DNA of 64,000 nt from an uncultured Verrucomicrobiae bacterium (GCA_963719495.1 CAVRCI010000007.1:32001-96000); one strand, 5' to 3'; counted from the first letter of the stretch, positions 40,307-51,106 are shown. Translations and numbers: made by a program. The notes: generated by a model from the letters alone, not told the origin.

Positions 40307-40376
40307 TCGGCCCAAGCCGATTCACCCCTCCCCACCATTCACCATTCACTATTCACTGTTCACCAACACCACCCCG

Positions 40377-41081
40377 TCACATCATCCCATTCTCACGAAA
40401 GCTGTAATAAGGCTGCCGCCCCCCGTCCGCCGTCCCCATGATCACGTGATCCAGGAACCGCAACCGCAGCAAATCCGCACACTCCCGCAGCCGAGTCGTC
40501 AACCGCCGATCAGCGTCACTTGGCGAAGGATCGCCCGAAGGGTGATTGTGAATCAGCAAAAACCCGAAAGCCCCGCGCAACAAAACGGGCCGCAGAATCT
40601 CGCGCGGATGCGCGATGCTCTCGGTCAACGACCCAATGGAAACCAGCTCGTTCCAAATCATCTCGTATCGCGTATTGACCACCAGCACGTGAAGCCGCTC
40701 ACGGTCGAACGTCGCGAAATCCGCGCCGAGCAAATCGAAAACCCGTTCCGGCGTATCGACCTTCGGCTTCCGGTCCCCACCCCGCGCCAATCGCCGCCCG
40801 ACCTCGAATACCGCCGCCAATTCCGCCGCCTTCGCCGGCCCGATCCCCTTCGCCGCCGACCGGATCTCGTCGACCGAACACCGCGCCAACGTCGAAAGAT
40901 CCCCCGTCGTCTTCAGCAGATCGCCCGCCACCCGGATCGCGTTCCGCCCCGGAATCCCCGTTCGCAGGAAAATGGCCAGCAACTCCGCGTCCGTCAGACT
41001 CCCCGCCCCCCGCGCCGCCAGCTTCTCGCGCGGACGGTCGCTCTCGGGTATTTCGCTGATCCGCGCCGGTTCGTCGTCCAT
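40377..41081 (-). CDS. radC: RadC/JAB-domain protein
   Basis: RPREKL, ELLAIFLRTG, HPREI, HNHPSGDPSPSDAD, LDHVI. Confidence 0.92.
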   Translation of the reverse strand: MDDEPARISEIPESDRPREKLAARGAGSLTDAELLAIFLRTGIPGRNAIRVAGDLLKTTGDLSTLARCSVDEIRSAAKGIGPAKAAELAAVFEVGRRLARGGDRKPKVDTPERVFDLLGADFATFDRERLHVLVVNTRYEMIWNELVSIGSLTESIAHPREILRPVLLRGAFGFLLIHNHPSGDPSPSDADRRLTTRLRECADLLRLRFLDHVIMGTADGGRQPYYSFRENGMM

Positions 41082-41250
41082 CGGCGGAGACTGCCAGCTT
41101 TGCCGCCAATCAATCAAGGCGTCCGCCGCTCTCGGCCTTGCCCCCAACTTCCCTTTGCGCGCCACCGCTTTCGGCTTCATAGCAGAGTCGAGGATTGCGA
41201 CACTCCGCACCGTCACCTTTGAAACTCGACCCAATGACAACCGCACCGCT

Positions 41251-42033
41251 ATGGACCGTTTCTGGCTAGTCGCCGCCGCCTTCTGCTACCTCGCCAGCTT
41301 CGGCCACACGCTTTACGCCCTCGGCGCGCGGAAATTTCGCCCCGCCCGCTTCAACCTCGTCGCGATGATCGCCGGGTTCGCCTTCACGAGCGCATTTCTC
41401 TTCGTCCGCGGCGAACAGGTTGGTTCCTGCCCGATCACGAACCTCTTCGAAGTCCTCGTCTTCCTCAGCTGGTCCATCGTCCTCATCTACCTTGTCGTCG
41501 GTCCCGCCTACCGCCTCTCGCTCATGGGAGCGTTCACGAGCCCGCTCGTCCTCGCCATTCTCCTCATTGCCCTCCTCGCCCCCGCCGACTCCACCCATCA
41601 CATCGCCTTCCACAACGCCTGGGTGGAATTCCACGCCGCCCTCTCCATCATCGCCTACGGAGCCTTCGGCCTCGGAGCCATCGCGGGCCTCATGTATCTC
41701 GTCCAGGAGCGCCAACTCAAGCGCCACACCACCAACGAGCTCCTATACAACCTCCCACCCATCACCGACCTCAGCCGAGTCAACGGCCGCCTCCTCTTCG
41801 TCGGATTCCTCCTCCTCACCGTCGCCTTCGGAGCCGGAATCGCCGCGGGCCTCCCCGTCGCCAACGTTAAATCCGCCACGTCCCTCGTCATCTGGGGCGT
41901 CTACGGCGTGATCCTCGTCGTCCGCCACGCCAACCGCCTCCCCCCCCGCCTCACCGCCACCCTTTCCATCGCCGTTTTTACCGTGGCGCTCGTAACGCTT
42001 CCCGTGATCCAGGCCCTCTCCGTCCGAACGTGA
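41251..42033 (+). CDS. ccsA: CcsA/HemX-like cytochrome c assembly family membrane protein
   Basis: Multiple TM helices, CPITNLFE, conserved His in EFHAAL, YLVQERQLK; precedes hemA. Confidence 0.75.
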   Translation: MDRFWLVAAAFCYLASFGHTLYALGARKFRPARFNLVAMIAGFAFTSAFLFVRGEQVGSCPITNLFEVLVFLSWSIVLIYLVVGPAYRLSLMGAFTSPLVLAILLIALLAPADSTHHIAFHNAWVEFHAALSIIAYGAFGLGAIAGLMYLVQERQLKRHTTNELLYNLPPITDLSRVNGRLLFVGFLLLTVAFGAGIAAGLPVANVKSATSLVIWGVYGVILVVRHANRLPPRLTATLSIAVFTVALVTLPVIQALSVRT

Positions 42034-43103
42034 ACGTCCTCTGCGCCGGCCTCAATCACCACGTCGCCAGCGTCGACGTCCGCGAGCGTTTCGCCGTCCG
42101 CGACACCGACCTGCCCGGCCTCTTCGCCGACCTTCGCGCCATCGACGGCCTCGACGAAGCCGTCGTCCTCTCCACCTGCAACCGAGTCGAATTCTACGCC
42201 GCCACCCTCTGCCCCGAGCGGACCCTCGCCGACCTCCGCGCCACCCTCGCCAACCGCTCCGGCATCGACGCCCCGCTCTATCACCACGTCGGCCCCACCA
42301 GCGTCCGCCACCTCTTCCGCGTCGCCAGCGGACTCGACTCCATGGTCCTCGGCGAAACCGAAATCCTCGGCCAGGTGAAGACCGCCTACGCCGCCGCCGC
42401 CACCCACGGAGCCACCCGCCGCACCCTCAACCGCCTCTTCCAACACGCCTTCCGCGTCGCGAAATCCGTCCGCACCGAGACCAACATCACCCGCGGTGCC
42501 ACGTCCGTCGGAGCCGTCGCCGTTGAAATGGCCGGCCGCATCTTCGGCGACCTCGACCACCGCCGGGTCATGATCCTCGGAGCCGGCGACACCAGCGAAC
42601 GCACCGCCCGCGCCCTCGTCTCCCGCGGCGTCCGCACCGTCATCGTCTCCAACCGCACCTACGAACGCGCCGCCACCCTGGCCGCCGACATCGGCGGCAT
42701 GGCCATCCACTTCGACCACTGGCACAAGGAATTCCGAGACGTCGACATCCTCATCAGCAGCACCCACGCACCCCATTTCATCCTCACCCCCGAGAAACTC
42801 GCCCCCGTCGTCAAAGCCCGCAACGGACGCCCCCTCTTCCTCATCGACCTCGCCGTCCCCCGCGACATCGACCCCGCCGTCAACGCCCTCGACGGCATCT
42901 TCCTCTACGACATCGATTCCCTCCAAACGATCGCCAACCGATCCATAGCGAACCGCCAGCAGGAAGTCGAACGCTGCGAAACCCTCATCGACGACCAGGT
43001 CAAAACCTTCCTCACCTGGCTAACAAAGGCCCCCTTCAAGGAGCGGCGGCTTCCAGCCGCCGAAATCCAAGAATCCAAAGCGGCCCCAGCCGCTCACACC
43101 TGA
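42030..43103 (+). CDS. hemA: Glutamyl-tRNA reductase (short form)
   Basis: STCNRVE, GLDSMVLGETEILGQVK, GAGD, DLAVPRDI. Confidence 0.95.
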   Translation: MNVLCAGLNHHVASVDVRERFAVRDTDLPGLFADLRAIDGLDEAVVLSTCNRVEFYAATLCPERTLADLRATLANRSGIDAPLYHHVGPTSVRHLFRVASGLDSMVLGETEILGQVKTAYAAAATHGATRRTLNRLFQHAFRVAKSVRTETNITRGATSVGAVAVEMAGRIFGDLDHRRVMILGAGDTSERTARALVSRGVRTVIVSNRTYERAATLAADIGGMAIHFDHWHKEFRDVDILISSTHAPHFILTPEKLAPVVKARNGRPLFLIDLAVPRDIDPAVNALDGIFLYDIDSLQTIANRSIANRQQEVERCETLIDDQVKTFLTWLTKAPFKERRLPAAEIQESKAAPAAHT

Positions 43104-43122
43104 CCTTCAGACTTTCAAGACA

Positions 43123-43977
43123 TTGGACCTTCCGACCCACCACCTCACCCTCGGCACCCGAGGCAGCGCCCTCGCCCTCACCCAATCCCGCCTCGTTGCC
43201 GCCGCCCTCGTCGCCGCCCACCCGGCGCTCGAGATCACCGAGCAGATCATCCGCACCGTCGGCGACAACCGCCTCGACGCCCCCCTCCACGCCCTCGCCC
43301 CCCTCGACAAAGGCCTCTTCACCAAGGAACTCGAAAACGCCCTCCTCGCCGGCACCATCGACTTCGCCGTCCACAGTCTCAAAGACCTGCCGACCGAAAA
43401 CCCACCCGGCCTCACCCTCGCCGCCATCCTCGAGCGAGCCGACCCCGCCGACCTCCTCATCAGCAAAACTCCCGGTGGCCTCGCCGCCCTCCCGCCCCAC
43501 GCCACGGTCGCGACCTCCAGCCCCCGCCGCCGCAACCAGCTCCTCCACCTCCGCCCCGACCTCGAAATCGTCGACATCCGGGGCAACGTCCCGACCCGCC
43601 TGCAAAAGCTCGCCGACTCCGACGTCGTCGCCGCCACCGTTCTCGCCAAAGCCGGCATCGACCGCCTCGGCCACCACATCATCCCCACCGGCCTCCACGC
43701 CACCCAGGTCGCCGGCATGCTCCCAGCCCCCGGCCAGGGAGCCATCGCCGTCCAAACCCGAGCCGACGATCAAGCGACCATCGCTCTCCTCGCCCCGCTC
43801 CACCACGAAGCCACCGCCCGCTGCGTCGAAGCCGAACGAGACGTCCTCCGCCGCCTCGGCGGCGGCTGCCACCTCCCCCTAGGCGTCCTCGCAACCGTCA
43901 GTCCCGACGGTCAACTAAAAGTCCAAGCCACCCTCTTCGAACCGGGTGCCAAACCGGTCACGATCCCCCAAACGTAA
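43123..43977 (+). CDS. hemC: Hydroxymethylbilane synthase
   Basis: GTRGSALALTQ, KGLFTKELE, VHSLKD, RGNV, GGGCHLP. Confidence 0.95.
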   Translation: MDLPTHHLTLGTRGSALALTQSRLVAAALVAAHPALEITEQIIRTVGDNRLDAPLHALAPLDKGLFTKELENALLAGTIDFAVHSLKDLPTENPPGLTLAAILERADPADLLISKTPGGLAALPPHATVATSSPRRRNQLLHLRPDLEIVDIRGNVPTRLQKLADSDVVAATVLAKAGIDRLGHHIIPTGLHATQVAGMLPAPGQGAIAVQTRADDQATIALLAPLHHEATARCVEAERDVLRRLGGGCHLPLGVLATVSPDGQLKVQATLFEPGAKPVTIPQT

Positions 43978-44117
43978 CCTCGCACCACAGGTTAGGCGGC
44001 GCAGCGGATCCGGCGGCGCAGCCGCCCCATCCACCAACCAGCTGTCATCCTGAGCGAAGCGAAGGATCTCTGGCAGACACTTTCACCAAAACGCGACAAC
44101 CACGCCGCAAGACACCC

Positions 44118-44774
44118 CTACCCCGTCCAGTCCGCCGCCGAGCCGCGCGTATCGATGTGCGTAAAATTCGAATACCGCCCGATCCCCCCAACATATTTTC
44201 CGCGAGCCCGCACCTCCTTCGCCGCCGCGGCCACCTCCCGCGGCGACGCCTTGAAAACCAAATCCAACGCCACGTTCCGCTTATGCTGCGACCCACTCGC
44301 CGCCCCCGGACACTTCGCGTTGTATTCCGGCGAACGGTAGGCCGAGATCACCTCCTCGACATCCTCGTCCAGCAACTTACCGATCTCGTCGACCATCAGC
44401 AAAGTTGGCCTCATATTTTTCCAGAGTGCCGTCGGGGGCAATCCACACCGCACGTCCCCCCGCACCTTGAGATGCGGAGCCATCACCTGCCGCACGGAAA
44501 CGTGCTTCAGTTGCAGCCCACCCACGAACGCGGAATAACCGATCAGAGGTTGCCCCAAAGTCGGCAGCCACTCCTCCGGCACGCCAAGCGCCAGTTTCTT
44601 CGGACCAAAGACCGACGCCAGCCAGCTGAAAATCGTTCCGCCGGACCCACTCGCGCCCGCGGCCAGCAAACCAACTCCACCGAGCCCCATCATCCGAACG
44701 AACTCCCGCCGCTCCAGCCCGGAGGCCTCCTCGAGCCCGCCCAAAACGTCTTTAGTTCCCAACGGCATTCCCAT
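44118..44774 (-). CDS. Peptidase M15A/YcbK-like protein with Tat-like signal
   Basis: RREFVR; ISAYRSPEYN, SQH, ALD, GGIGRY..FTHIDTRG. Confidence 0.8.
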   Translation of the reverse strand: MGMPLGTKDVLGGLEEASGLERREFVRMMGLGGVGLLAAGASGSGGTIFSWLASVFGPKKLALGVPEEWLPTLGQPLIGYSAFVGGLQLKHVSVRQVMAPHLKVRGDVRCGLPPTALWKNMRPTLLMVDEIGKLLDEDVEEVISAYRSPEYNAKCPGAASGSQHKRNVALDLVFKASPREVAAAAKEVRARGKYVGGIGRYSNFTHIDTRGSAADWTG

Positions 44775-44814
44775 CGCGGCAAACCGATAGCGAAAAACTC
44801 GCCAACCGAAAGGA

Positions 44815-45021
44815 TTATTTCTCCTTTTCCTCTCCCTCGTCCGCGTCCGTCATCGGCCCCGGATACTCCTCCTTCTTCGCACCCTCCGGAGCGTCCGCCA
44901 CTTCACCCTCATCGTTTGCCACCGCCTCATCCGACTCGGCCGGCTTCGTGTTGCCAGTCGCCTCCATCCGGGGATCGTCTTCCTGCTCGCCGTCGTAGGC
45001 CTGCTTCGCTTCGTCACTCAT
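44815..45021 (-). CDS. Small acidic hypothetical protein
   Basis: 68-aa D/E-rich ORF, ATG start, fills the gap. Confidence 0.5.
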   Translation of the reverse strand: MSDEAKQAYDGEQEDDPRMEATGNTKPAESDEAVANDEGEVADAPEGAKKEEYPGPMTDADEGEEKEK

Positions 45022-45060
45022 AATTTCAATATCGCACCCTACCCGCCCATCAGCCGCCCC

Positions 45061-45456
45061 TCAACCCACCAATTTCCGCAAAACCGCGGTCGCCGCCATC
45101 CGATCCAAAGAGCCGGAAGCCACTCCCAAGGTCAGCTCCTGCCACGCGTCGACATCGAGATCTTCATCGGGCAAAAGATCATTCTCCGAGAGAAAAACCA
45201 GACAGGTCGCCAGCGCACACCGCTTATTGCCGTCGACGAATGGATGATTGTTACAAAGATAAAAGAAGTAGGCCCCGGCCACCTCGAAAGGGTCCGACAA
45301 CATCGGCACACCCATCATGCTGGCTTGCGGAGCGGCGACAGCAGATTCCAAAAGCGCCTGGTCCCTCAATCCCGCCGATCCTCCGTGAGCGGTCAACACC
45401 TCGGCGTGGATCGCCTTGACCGCCTCGACGGTCGGGTGAACCAGAATCCCGCTCAC
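45061..45456 (-). CDS. Doc-family (Fic) toxin
   Basis: HGGSAGLRD..LLESA, NHPFVDGNKR. Confidence 0.9.
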   Translation of the reverse strand: MSGILVHPTVEAVKAIHAEVLTAHGGSAGLRDQALLESAVAAPQASMMGVPMLSDPFEVAGAYFFYLCNNHPFVDGNKRCALATCLVFLSENDLLPDEDLDVDAWQELTLGVASGSLDRMAATAVLRKLVG

Positions 45457-45680
45457 GAGAGCCTCCGAAACAGCTCGGAATTCTTCGAAATCAATCGCCG
45501 CGCCGCTGCCGCGGCCGCCGGAGCCTCGATCTCCTCCCGCACCGCCGCCACCGTCATCGTCCCGCCTTCGTGAATCTCCACGTTGAGATCATCCCCCGCC
45601 TTCAGCCGCATCAAACCCATCAACGTCGAATCCAAAATCAGCGCGTGCGAATTCCCAACCTTGGTAACTTTCTTGATCAT
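45453..45680 (-). CDS. AbrB/MazE-family antitoxin
   Basis: MIKKVTKVGNSHALIL; overlaps the toxin start. Confidence 0.85.
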   Translation of the reverse strand: MIKKVTKVGNSHALILDSTLMGLMRLKAGDDLNVEIHEGGTMTVAAVREEIEAPAAAAAARRLISKNSELFRRLS

Positions 45681-45790
45681 GCGTAAAACAATATATGACT
45701 CTTCCCCGCGGTCAATCGCCCCGTCACGCCCCGTCACGCCACTCACCCATTTCTCATTCCGCATTTCAAATTTCTCATTACCGTGACTCC

Positions 45791-47302
45791 ATGCATGGCA
45801 CCTGTTATCTCGTCGGCGCGGGCCCCGGAGACCCCGGCCTCCTCACCCTCCGCGCCAAAGCCCTCCTCGAACGCGCCGACGTCGTCATCTACGACTACCT
45901 CAGCAATCCCGAATTCCTCCGCTTCGCCCCCGCCGCCGCCGAGACCATCTACGTCGGCAAAAAAGCCGGCGCCCACACCCTCGAGCAGGGCGAAATCAAC
46001 GCCCTCCTCGTCGAAAAAACGAAAGCCCACCCCACCGTCGTCCGACTCAAAGGCGGCGACCCCTTCGTCTTCGGCCGCGGCGGTGAGGAAGCCGAAGCCC
46101 TCGTCGCCGCCGGCCTTTCGTTCGAGATCGTCCCCGGCATCTCGTCCGTCATCGCCGGCCCCGCCTACGCCGGCATCCCCGTCACCCACCGCGGCCACAA
46201 CACCACCCTCACCATCTTCACCGGCCACGAAGACCCGACCAAACCCGAGACCAACCTCGACACCGCCGCCATCGCCCGCACCCCCGGCACCAAGGTCATG
46301 CTCATGGGCGTCGAGCGCATCCGCTCCCTCGCCGACACCCTCATTCACGACGGCCTCGCCGCCGAGACTCCGACCGCCCTCGTCCGCTGGGCCACCACGG
46401 GAAAACAACGCACCCTCTCGGCGACCCTCGGCACCATCGCCGACGAGGTCGAGCGCACCGGATTCAAGGCCCCCGCCGTCTGCGTCATCGGCGACGTCGT
46501 CACCTGCCGTGACCAACTCAACTGGTTCGAAACCCGCCCACTCTTCGGCCAGACCATCGCCGTCACCCGCACCCGTCAACAAGCCGGCTCCCTCATCGCC
46601 CAGCTCCGCGACCTCGGCGCCGACGCCTACGAACTCCCCACCATCCGGATCGAACCCGCCCCCGACAAACGCGAGTTCTACGAATCCGTCGCCGTCGCCC
46701 ACACCTACGACTGGCTCGTCTTCACCAGCCCCAACGGCGTCGACGCGTTCTTCGAAGCCTTCTACTCGATCTACAAGGACGCCCGCTCCCTCGGCGGCGT
46801 CCGCATCGCCGCCATCGGCCCCGCCACCGCCGCCCGCGTCCACGCCAATCGCTTCGAAGTCGACCTCCAGCCCGAAAAATACGTCGCCGAGGAAATCGTG
46901 AAAGCGTTCCAAAAAGAAATGGACGTCGAAAATCTCAAAATCCTCCTCGCCCGAGCCGAGGGCGCCCGCGAAATCCTCGCCACCGCCCTCACCGACCTAG
47001 GCGCCATCGTCGACGAAACCGTCGCCTACCGCACCGTTCCCGAAACCGGCGACCCCACCGGCGGAGTCGAGCGCTTCCGCACCGAAGGCGCCGATTGGAT
47101 CACCTTCACCAGCAGCTCGACCGCCGAAAACTTCGTCGCCCTGAATCTGCCCCTACCCGAGCGCTTAAAGACCGCCAGCATCGGCCCGATCACGACCGCC
47201 ACCATGAAAACCCTCGGCCTCGACGTCGACATCGAAGCCCAAGTCCACGACATCCCCGGCGTCGTCGCGGCGCTAATGAAGGCCGCGGCCGCGCGAAAAT
47301 AA
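45791..47302 (+). CDS. cobA: Uroporphyrinogen-III C-methyltransferase / synthase fusion (CobA-HemD)
   Basis: LVGAGPGDPGLLT, RLKGGDPFVFGRGGEE, VFTSPNGV, FTSSST. Confidence 0.93.
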   Translation: MHGTCYLVGAGPGDPGLLTLRAKALLERADVVIYDYLSNPEFLRFAPAAAETIYVGKKAGAHTLEQGEINALLVEKTKAHPTVVRLKGGDPFVFGRGGEEAEALVAAGLSFEIVPGISSVIAGPAYAGIPVTHRGHNTTLTIFTGHEDPTKPETNLDTAAIARTPGTKVMLMGVERIRSLADTLIHDGLAAETPTALVRWATTGKQRTLSATLGTIADEVERTGFKAPAVCVIGDVVTCRDQLNWFETRPLFGQTIAVTRTRQQAGSLIAQLRDLGADAYELPTIRIEPAPDKREFYESVAVAHTYDWLVFTSPNGVDAFFEAFYSIYKDARSLGGVRIAAIGPATAARVHANRFEVDLQPEKYVAEEIVKAFQKEMDVENLKILLARAEGAREILATALTDLGAIVDETVAYRTVPETGDPTGGVERFRTEGADWITFTSSSTAENFVALNLPLPERLKTASIGPITTATMKTLGLDVDIEAQVHDIPGVVAALMKAAAARK

Positions 47303-47341
47303 TGCGGGACATGTGAGATGACGGGGCCGTGAGTTCGGACG

Positions 47342-48214
47342 ATGGTGTTCGCCATGACCCGAAAAAACCTCACTCGGACCGCCACCACGCTGGCACTGGT
47401 CGTCACCCTGCTCCACAGCGCCGCCCAGGCCGCGCCCCCCTTCACGACCACGCTGCTCGAGCAGCCGCTCTGGGCCGACGGCAAAGCCGAATACAATTTC
47501 TACGACGCCGTCGAAGTCCGCTACGGTGTCCCGCGCGACACGGAGGTCCGCCACATCATCGTCCGCGAAAACTTCCTCCCCAACGACAAGGTCAAAGCCA
47601 ATGACTGGAGGACTCCCGGAGCGTATCCCATCATCAAGCTCAATCAGATCATCCGCGTTCCCACCGGCGTCTACCGCTACGACCAGATGCACTCCTCGTT
47701 CTGGAACGCGGGCGACGGCAACCTCGAGAAATTCTCCCTCGCCAGCATCGACAGCTGCGGCAACAGCTACAAGGAAGCCCGCCTCGCCGGCCAATCGCTC
47801 GCCTACCAAGCCCACACCTACTGGCAGGGCCAGGACAACGTCCAACGCGACGTCCCCCTCCCCGAAGGCGCGCTCTTCTACGACGAACTCCCCTTCAAGC
47901 TCCGCCTCCTCGATTGGGAAAACGTCGAGACCTTCGCCGCCCCGCTCACCGGATCGGTGATCGGCAGCCAGGCCGACGCATTGGAATTCAGCCCCGCCAC
48001 CTTCACGGTCGGGAACTCGCCCGATGGCAGGATCGTCACCGTCGAGCACCTCGGCGGCACCGACAGTCTGACCTTCGCCACGGACTCCCCCTACGTCCTG
48101 CAATCCTGGAAACGCGCCGACGGTAGCTCCCTCGTCCTCACCGGCACCACCCGCCTCGACTACTGGAACCACAACTCTTCCGGCGACGAAAAGCTCATCG
48201 AGAATCTGCACTGA
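47342..48214 (+). CDS. Hypothetical secreted protein
   Basis: Signal peptide; WADGKAEY, IKLN, YWNHN..GDE. Confidence 0.75.
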   Translation: MVFAMTRKNLTRTATTLALVVTLLHSAAQAAPPFTTTLLEQPLWADGKAEYNFYDAVEVRYGVPRDTEVRHIIVRENFLPNDKVKANDWRTPGAYPIIKLNQIIRVPTGVYRYDQMHSSFWNAGDGNLEKFSLASIDSCGNSYKEARLAGQSLAYQAHTYWQGQDNVQRDVPLPEGALFYDELPFKLRLLDWENVETFAAPLTGSVIGSQADALEFSPATFTVGNSPDGRIVTVEHLGGTDSLTFATDSPYVLQSWKRADGSSLVLTGTTRLDYWNHNSSGDEKLIENLH

Positions 48215-48472
48215 TCTCTCCACGGAGCAACTCGTTGTCGTCGCCCACCTCCATCCGAAGCCCATCGCGACCGGAGGGCGAGGCTCCGCCGGGCCGTCAC
48301 CCCGCGCTCCAACCTCCCGATCCTCGCTCGGCGAGTCGATGCGCAACTTGATCGACCGCCTCACGAGGCGAATCGGGAATCTGTCTTCGCCGGCCATGAA
48401 CCTCTTCTCGCTTCCGGGCATTTTCGTTTCAGATTGAAATCACCCCGCTTGGGTCGCAAAACTATTCGCCCA

Positions 48473-50515
48473 ATGACGACCCGTCCGTTCGATTTCCCGC
48501 ACCACCTCCGCTTCCGGCAGGTCCACCTCGATTTTCACACCAGCGAAGCGATTCCCAACGTCGGCTCGCGGTTCTCGAAAGAGCAATTTCAGGCAGCTCT
48601 CGAGCGCGGTCGGGTCGATTCGATCACCCTCTTCTCGAAGTGTCACCACGGCTGGAGCTACCACCCAACGGAGGTCGGAAAACCGCACCCGCACCTCGAG
48701 CGCGACCTTCTCACCGAACAAATCGAGGCCTGTCGCGAGGTCGGCGTCCGTTGTCCGATCTACCTCTCCGCCGGCGTGGACGAACTCGCCGCCGCCACGC
48801 ATCCCGAATGGCAGGTCAAGGATCGCAACGGCCGGACCGACGCGCCCGACTTCGAGGGCAACGGATTCTGGTTCAAGCTCCTGCGCTTCGATTCCCCGTA
48901 TCTCGATTACCTCTGCGCCCAGATCGAGGAGGTCGTGCGCCGCTGGCCCGACAACGACGGCATCTTCCTCGACATCATCGCCGAGCGCCACGACTACAGC
49001 CACGACAGCCTCCTCGCCATGCGGACCGACGGGCTCGATCCGGCCAACCCGGCGGACGTTAGCCGGCACGCCCAGCGGGTTTTGCTGAATTACTACCGCC
49101 GCACCACCGCGTCCGCGCAGAGCGCCCGCGCCGACACCCCCGTCTTCCACAACGGCGGTCACGTCCCGATCGGCGCTCACGAGTTCAATTTCTTCAACAC
49201 CCACTTCGAGCTCGAATCCCTCCCGACCGGTGGCTGGGGCTACGACCACTTCCCGCTCTCCGCCCGCTACGCCATCACCCAGCCCCGTGATTTTCTCGGA
49301 ATGACCGGAAAATTCCACACCACGTGGGGCGAGTTTGGCGGCTTCAAACGCCCCGAAGCCCTCCGCTACGAATGCGCGTCCATGCTCGCCCAAGGAGCGA
49401 AGTGCTCGGTCGGCGACCAGCTGCACCCCTCGGGAGAAATGAATCCCGACACCTACGCGCTCATCGGCGCCGCCTACGCCGACGTCGAAGCCGCGGAGCC
49501 CTGGTGCCGCGACGTCCGCCCTACCGCCCGCATCGCGCTCGTGAGTACCGAACGCAATCAACGGAGCGCGCGCGGCCACACGGGCGCGTCGCTCGCCGAC
49601 GAAGGCACCTCCCGCATGCTGCTGGAACTTCACCAACCCTTCGTCATACTCGACGAGCAGGCCGATTGGGACGGATTCGACGTCGTCGTCCTGCCCGACG
49701 GCGGTCAGCTCGGCTCCGCCGCGTTGGCCAAAGCCCAGGCCTTTCTGGCCGCCGGCGGGCGCATCGTTGCCGCCGGTTCCGCGCTCCTCGACGAGGCGCG
49801 CGAGAAATTCCTCATCGAGCCCGGCGCCAACCTCGTCGGACGCTCGACGTTTGATCCCGATTACCTCGTCGCGACCGACCTTTCGCCGAAGGTCCCCGTT
49901 CGCACGCCCATCACCGTCGGCGGCGGTGCCTACGAGCTCGCCGCAACCGACGGCGAGATCCTCGCCACCCGCCGCAACCCCTATTTCAACCGCACGTGGG
50001 AGCACTACTGCTCGCACCAGCACGCGCCCGACGCGCCAGAGGACGCCGGTCCGGCGATCGTCGTCGGTCACAGCGTCGCGTATTTCGCCCACGACATCTT
50101 CAGCGAATACCGCCGCGGCGGCCAACCGCTCCTTCGCGACTTCTTTCGTGCCGCGCTCGAGCGACTCCTCGGCGACAGCCTCCCGGTCGAGACCAATCTC
50201 CCCACCGTCGCCCGATTCAACCTCCTCGAACAACCCGGCCACAACCGCTTCATCGCCCACCTGCTCTACGCACCCATCACGCACCGCGCCGACATCACGC
50301 AACACGGGAAATCCTCCCCGATCGAGATCATCGAGGACCTCATCCCGCTGCACGACATCGAGGTCTCTCTGCGCCTCGATCGACGAGTCACCGCCGTCCG
50401 CCTCGTGCCCGGCGACGAAACCCTCGAGTTCGAATCCCACGAAGGCCGGACCCGCTTCACCGTCCCGTCCTTCACCGCTCACCAGATGATCGCCCTCGAA
50501 TCCGACGCCGCCTGA
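48473..50515 (+). CDS. Putative glycoside hydrolase (GHL6 / beta-galactosidase trimerisation-domain type)
   Basis: RQVHLDFHTS, FSKCHHGWSY, DGIFLDI, ELESLPTGGWGY, KFHTTWGEFGG. Confidence 0.8.
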   Translation: MTTRPFDFPHHLRFRQVHLDFHTSEAIPNVGSRFSKEQFQAALERGRVDSITLFSKCHHGWSYHPTEVGKPHPHLERDLLTEQIEACREVGVRCPIYLSAGVDELAAATHPEWQVKDRNGRTDAPDFEGNGFWFKLLRFDSPYLDYLCAQIEEVVRRWPDNDGIFLDIIAERHDYSHDSLLAMRTDGLDPANPADVSRHAQRVLLNYYRRTTASAQSARADTPVFHNGGHVPIGAHEFNFFNTHFELESLPTGGWGYDHFPLSARYAITQPRDFLGMTGKFHTTWGEFGGFKRPEALRYECASMLAQGAKCSVGDQLHPSGEMNPDTYALIGAAYADVEAAEPWCRDVRPTARIALVSTERNQRSARGHTGASLADEGTSRMLLELHQPFVILDEQADWDGFDVVVLPDGGQLGSAALAKAQAFLAAGGRIVAAGSALLDEAREKFLIEPGANLVGRSTFDPDYLVATDLSPKVPVRTPITVGGGAYELAATDGEILATRRNPYFNRTWEHYCSHQHAPDAPEDAGPAIVVGHSVAYFAHDIFSEYRRGGQPLLRDFFRAALERLLGDSLPVETNLPTVARFNLLEQPGHNRFIAHLLYAPITHRADITQHGKSSPIEIIEDLIPLHDIEVSLRLDRRVTAVRLVPGDETLEFESHEGRTRFTVPSFTAHQMIALESDAA

Positions 50516-50606
50516 GCGGAATCAGACCCGCTCGACTCCGGTAAGAATCCCCGGACGATCGGGATTAATTTGAACAAAGCACGACCGACCGACGTCACAC
50601 CATGCG

Positions 50607-51053
50607 ATGAATATTCCCCTGTCCCGCTTAGCCGCCCTCGCCACCCTCGCCGCCGCCATCCTTCCATCGTCCAGTTGGGCCGGGGAAAATTGGAACACCG
50701 ATTACGAAGCCGCGCTCGCCACCGCGGCTTCCGAAAAGAAGATGGTCCTCCTCGATTTCACCGGATCCGACTGGTGCCCCCCTTGTCAGATGCTCGAGGA
50801 AGAGGTGCTGACGAAAGATGAATTCAAGACCTTCGCCGAAGAGAAACTCGTCCTCGTGGAGCTGGATTATCCGAACGAGAAAACCCAATCGGACGAATTG
50901 AAGCAGCAAAACGCGAAGCTGGCGGAGACCTACGGCATCGAAGGCTACCCGACCCTCATCGTCCTCGACAGCGAGGGCAACGAACTCAAGCGCGAAGTCG
51001 GCCTCGCCTGGAGAACGCCCGAAGAACTGATCGCCTGGATTCAGGAGAGCTGA
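50607..51053 (+). CDS. Thioredoxin-family protein
   Basis: FTGSDWCPPC, GYPT, signal peptide. Confidence 0.9.
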   Translation: MNIPLSRLAALATLAAAILPSSSWAGENWNTDYEAALATAASEKKMVLLDFTGSDWCPPCQMLEEEVLTKDEFKTFAEEKLVLVELDYPNEKTQSDELKQQNAKLAETYGIEGYPTLIVLDSEGNELKREVGLAWRTPEELIAWIQES

Positions 51054-51106
51054 CCCAACAATCGAGAAGCCGCGCCCGCAAAGCGTCGGCCAGCCACCTT
51101 CACCCG

